Shown here one piece after another: positions 34,848-36,254 of a stretch of DNA of 36,254 bases (within the stretch, counting starts at the first letter, position 1; every line of letters begins with the position of its first letter). A program made the position numbers and the translations under genes. Source of the DNA: a virus (lineage: Duplodnaviria; Heunggongvirae; Uroviricota; Caudoviricetes). Under the pieces are notes generated by a model, which had not been told where the DNA came from, did not search any database, and saw only the letters and a program-made list of their open reading frames with translations. The stretch is taken from IMG/VR virus record IMGVR_UViG_2531839432_000012; one strand, 5' to 3'.

Positions 34848-35513
34848 ATGAATATGCAAATTTTTATCGCACCAGCAGCCACAGTTGCTGCAGTCTGCCT
34901 TGCTGCATATTTTGCTTTACGAAATGAACGTAAAAAGAAAGCACTTGAGATTAGAACAACTCAACTAGATCGAATATCAGAGCTAGTAAACCGAGCATCT
35001 ACCAATTTGATGCAATATACAGGTACTCTTGCCTCTATACTGGAAGCGCACGCCAAAGATAATTATCTACCGAACAAAAAATTTGACATTAATGTAATTA
35101 GCAAATGGAAAGATTGCCTCGATGAGAGTGAGGTCTGGGCGATTGATATACAGCAACTAAGAACATGTCAGCACAGTCTGGAGTTTCATCGTGAAAAAGA
35201 ATGGGCTGAATGGAAAAAAATAATTCCACCATTACTTGATAAAATTAACCAATTTTTTCTCATATCTAAGCTAGGGCAACCTGTTACGTTTATAAATGGC
35301 CAAAACAAAACAGCTGATGAACTACTTGTTTTCTCAAGATATTTGAGAAAACAAACAGCAGAAATTGAATCAGTACGTCAGCTGTTACTTTCTCAAATGA
35401 GAGAGGAATTCATCGAGTTAACTAGCTTTGAACCTGTCACAATGTTTAGCTTATTTAAATCAATAAAGAAAAATGTCATGCAATTTTTCTGTATCAGTGC
35501 TCTTAAAAATTGA
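34848..35513 (+). CDS. Low-GC hypothetical protein with an N-terminal transmembrane helix and ~190-aa soluble domain; candidate accessory gene inserted between D and ogr
   Basis: ORF with RBS AAAGGA 8 nt upstream of ATG 34848; visibly AT-rich compared with flanking genes; predicted TM segment IFIAPAATVAAVCLAAYFAL; followed by a terminator. Confidence 0.6.
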   Translation: MNMQIFIAPAATVAAVCLAAYFALRNERKKKALEIRTTQLDRISELVNRASTNLMQYTGTLASILEAHAKDNYLPNKKFDINVISKWKDCLDESEVWAIDIQQLRTCQHSLEFHREKEWAEWKKIIPPLLDKINQFFLISKLGQPVTFINGQNKTADELLVFSRYLRKQTAEIESVRQLLLSQMREEFIELTSFEPVTMFSLFKSIKKNVMQFFCISALKN

Positions 35514-35528
35514 CGCTCTGTTGCAAGC

Positions 35529-35560
35529 AACCCCAGTGTTAAACTGGGGTTATTCTTGCT
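35529..35560 (+). terminator. Rho-independent terminator (AACCCCAGT-gttaa-ACTGGGGTT + ATTCTTGCT)
   Basis: Seen in sequence after the stop at 35513. Confidence 0.5.
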
Positions 35561-35662
35561 AAGAGACCTTTCTACGGCATCAGTAAACAAAACGAACTAT
35601 CAGTTGGAGTCTGAGCAAGTTCAGCCTAAACTAGCGACAGCACTACGTTAAGGGAGGTCGCT

Positions 35663-35923
35663 ATGTTCCGTTGTCCGCTTTGTGGCGCATCTGCCCGTAT
35701 CCGCACCAGTCGTCCGGAAAATGATTCAAACACCGTGCGGCAAAAGTATTACCAGTGTAACAACCTGGAATGCGGCGTATGCTTCTCAACACTGGAAGCT
35801 TTCCATAAATTCACATCGAAACACGCCTCCGGCATCCACTCTTCAGAAGGTATCCCGTGGCATGAGCTGCCAGCTTCACACAGGGGAAACAATCAGATGA
35901 GTTTGCCTTTACCTCAGAATTAA
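35663..35923 (+). CDS. ogr: Late gene transcription activator, Ogr/Delta zinc-finger family
   Basis: N-terminus MFRCPLCGASARIRTSR...YYQCNNLECGVCF matches the Ogr Cys4 pattern (CPLC...C..C); RBS AAGGGAGG; position after D. Confidence 0.8.
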   Translation: MFRCPLCGASARIRTSRPENDSNTVRQKYYQCNNLECGVCFSTLEAFHKFTSKHASGIHSSEGIPWHELPASHRGNNQMSLPLPQN

Positions 35924-35983
35924 CAGGCAGAATTGCCGGAGTAACAAAAAAACGATAGATTACGCGCGGGTGCCTTTCGGCTG

Positions 35984-36196
35984 ATGGTCGGAGGGAATAC
36001 CCGAAGGCCAGATGTGGAAAGGCCCCGGAAAACATCTCTGTTTAACCGAGGCCCTAACCGCATTACCTTGACAAGTGAAAGGTTAGCGCCTCTCCGGAAA
36101 AGGAGCAAGTGCTATGTCGCAAAAATCGCTTACGGCCATCACGTTCTGCGTGACGGCAATCCTCATCATCTGGATGTTGCACGGTTCGCTGTGTGA
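35984..36196 (+). CDS. Possible mok-like overlapping reading frame of the hok locus
   Basis: 70-aa ORF overlapping most of the hok ORF in another frame, as in hok/mok/sok loci; inference only. Confidence 0.3.
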   Translation: MVGGNTRRPDVERPRKTSLFNRGPNRITLTSERLAPLRKRSKCYVAKIAYGHHVLRDGNPHHLDVARFAV

Positions 36197-36254
36197 AATA
36201 CGGATGAGCTTCTGGGGAGCGGAGTTTGCGGCGTTCTTACAGTGTAAGCAGTAA
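36114..36254 (+). CDS. hok: Hok/Gef-family type I toxin (46 aa, MSQKSLTAITFCVTAILIIWMLHGSLCEIRMSFWGAEFAAFLQCKQ), complete with stop at the window end
   Basis: Hand-translated small ORF with RBS AAAGGAG; single TM helix followed by the conserved SLCEIR and AAF motifs of Hok-family toxins (closest to HokA from memory). Confidence 0.7.
   Translation: MSQKSLTAITFCVTAILIIWMLHGSLCEIRMSFWGAEFAAFLQCKQ

Noticed and set aside
1-36254. CRISPR arrays, tRNA/rRNA genes, IS elements or transposases
   Set aside because: No regularly spaced short repeats with unique spacers, no tRNA-like cloverleaf candidates, and no transposase-like ORFs were seen; the only tandem repeats are protein-coding (1339..1503) or the two parC-like repeats.

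Overview
The window is an Escherichia coli-type chromosomal segment. It starts with btuC (minus strand, 1..981) and then runs through an essentially complete P2-family (Peduovirus-like) prophage to the late activator ogr at 35663..35923. A Hok-family type I toxin gene sits at the very right edge. All calls rest on reading the supplied ORF translations and the raw sequence; no database search was run, and P2-homolog labels are from remembered family features and gene order.

Prophage backbone, left to right:
- Lysogeny and early region: tyrosine integrase and a short HTH repressor on the minus strand, then a divergent rightward early operon of small genes ending in a large replication initiator A-like protein.
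- Accessory region where P2 carries tin/old: a complete ParM/ParR actin-type partition cassette with upstream direct repeats, a tightly coupled five-gene operon led by a ClpX-type zinc-finger protein, and about 565 bp of structured non-coding DNA that may hold cos.
- Morphogenesis: portal Q and large terminase P (minus), then O-N-M-L-X, a lysis cassette (holin, M15 peptidase endolysin, overlapping spanins), R-S and V-W-J-I-H-G (plus).
- Tail block FI-FII-E/E'-T-U on the minus strand, i.e. inverted relative to the flanking late genes and to D, with the conserved -1 frameshift site TTTTTTG for E+E'.
- D (plus), a low-GC membrane-anchored gene, then ogr.

Best candidates for undescribed accessory or defence functions:
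1. A two-gene cassette translationally coupled to the 3' end of int (low-GC zinc-ribbon protein plus a tail-anchored coiled-coil protein with 33-bp tandem repeats), 1174..2212.
2. The low-GC membrane-anchored gene inserted between D and ogr, 34848..35513.
3. The ClpX-zinc-finger operon in the tin/old-equivalent region, 11504..12811.
4. The parMRC-like partition module inside the prophage, 10022..11440.

No rRNA, tRNA, CRISPR array or transposase was recognised. Prophage att boundaries could not be located.
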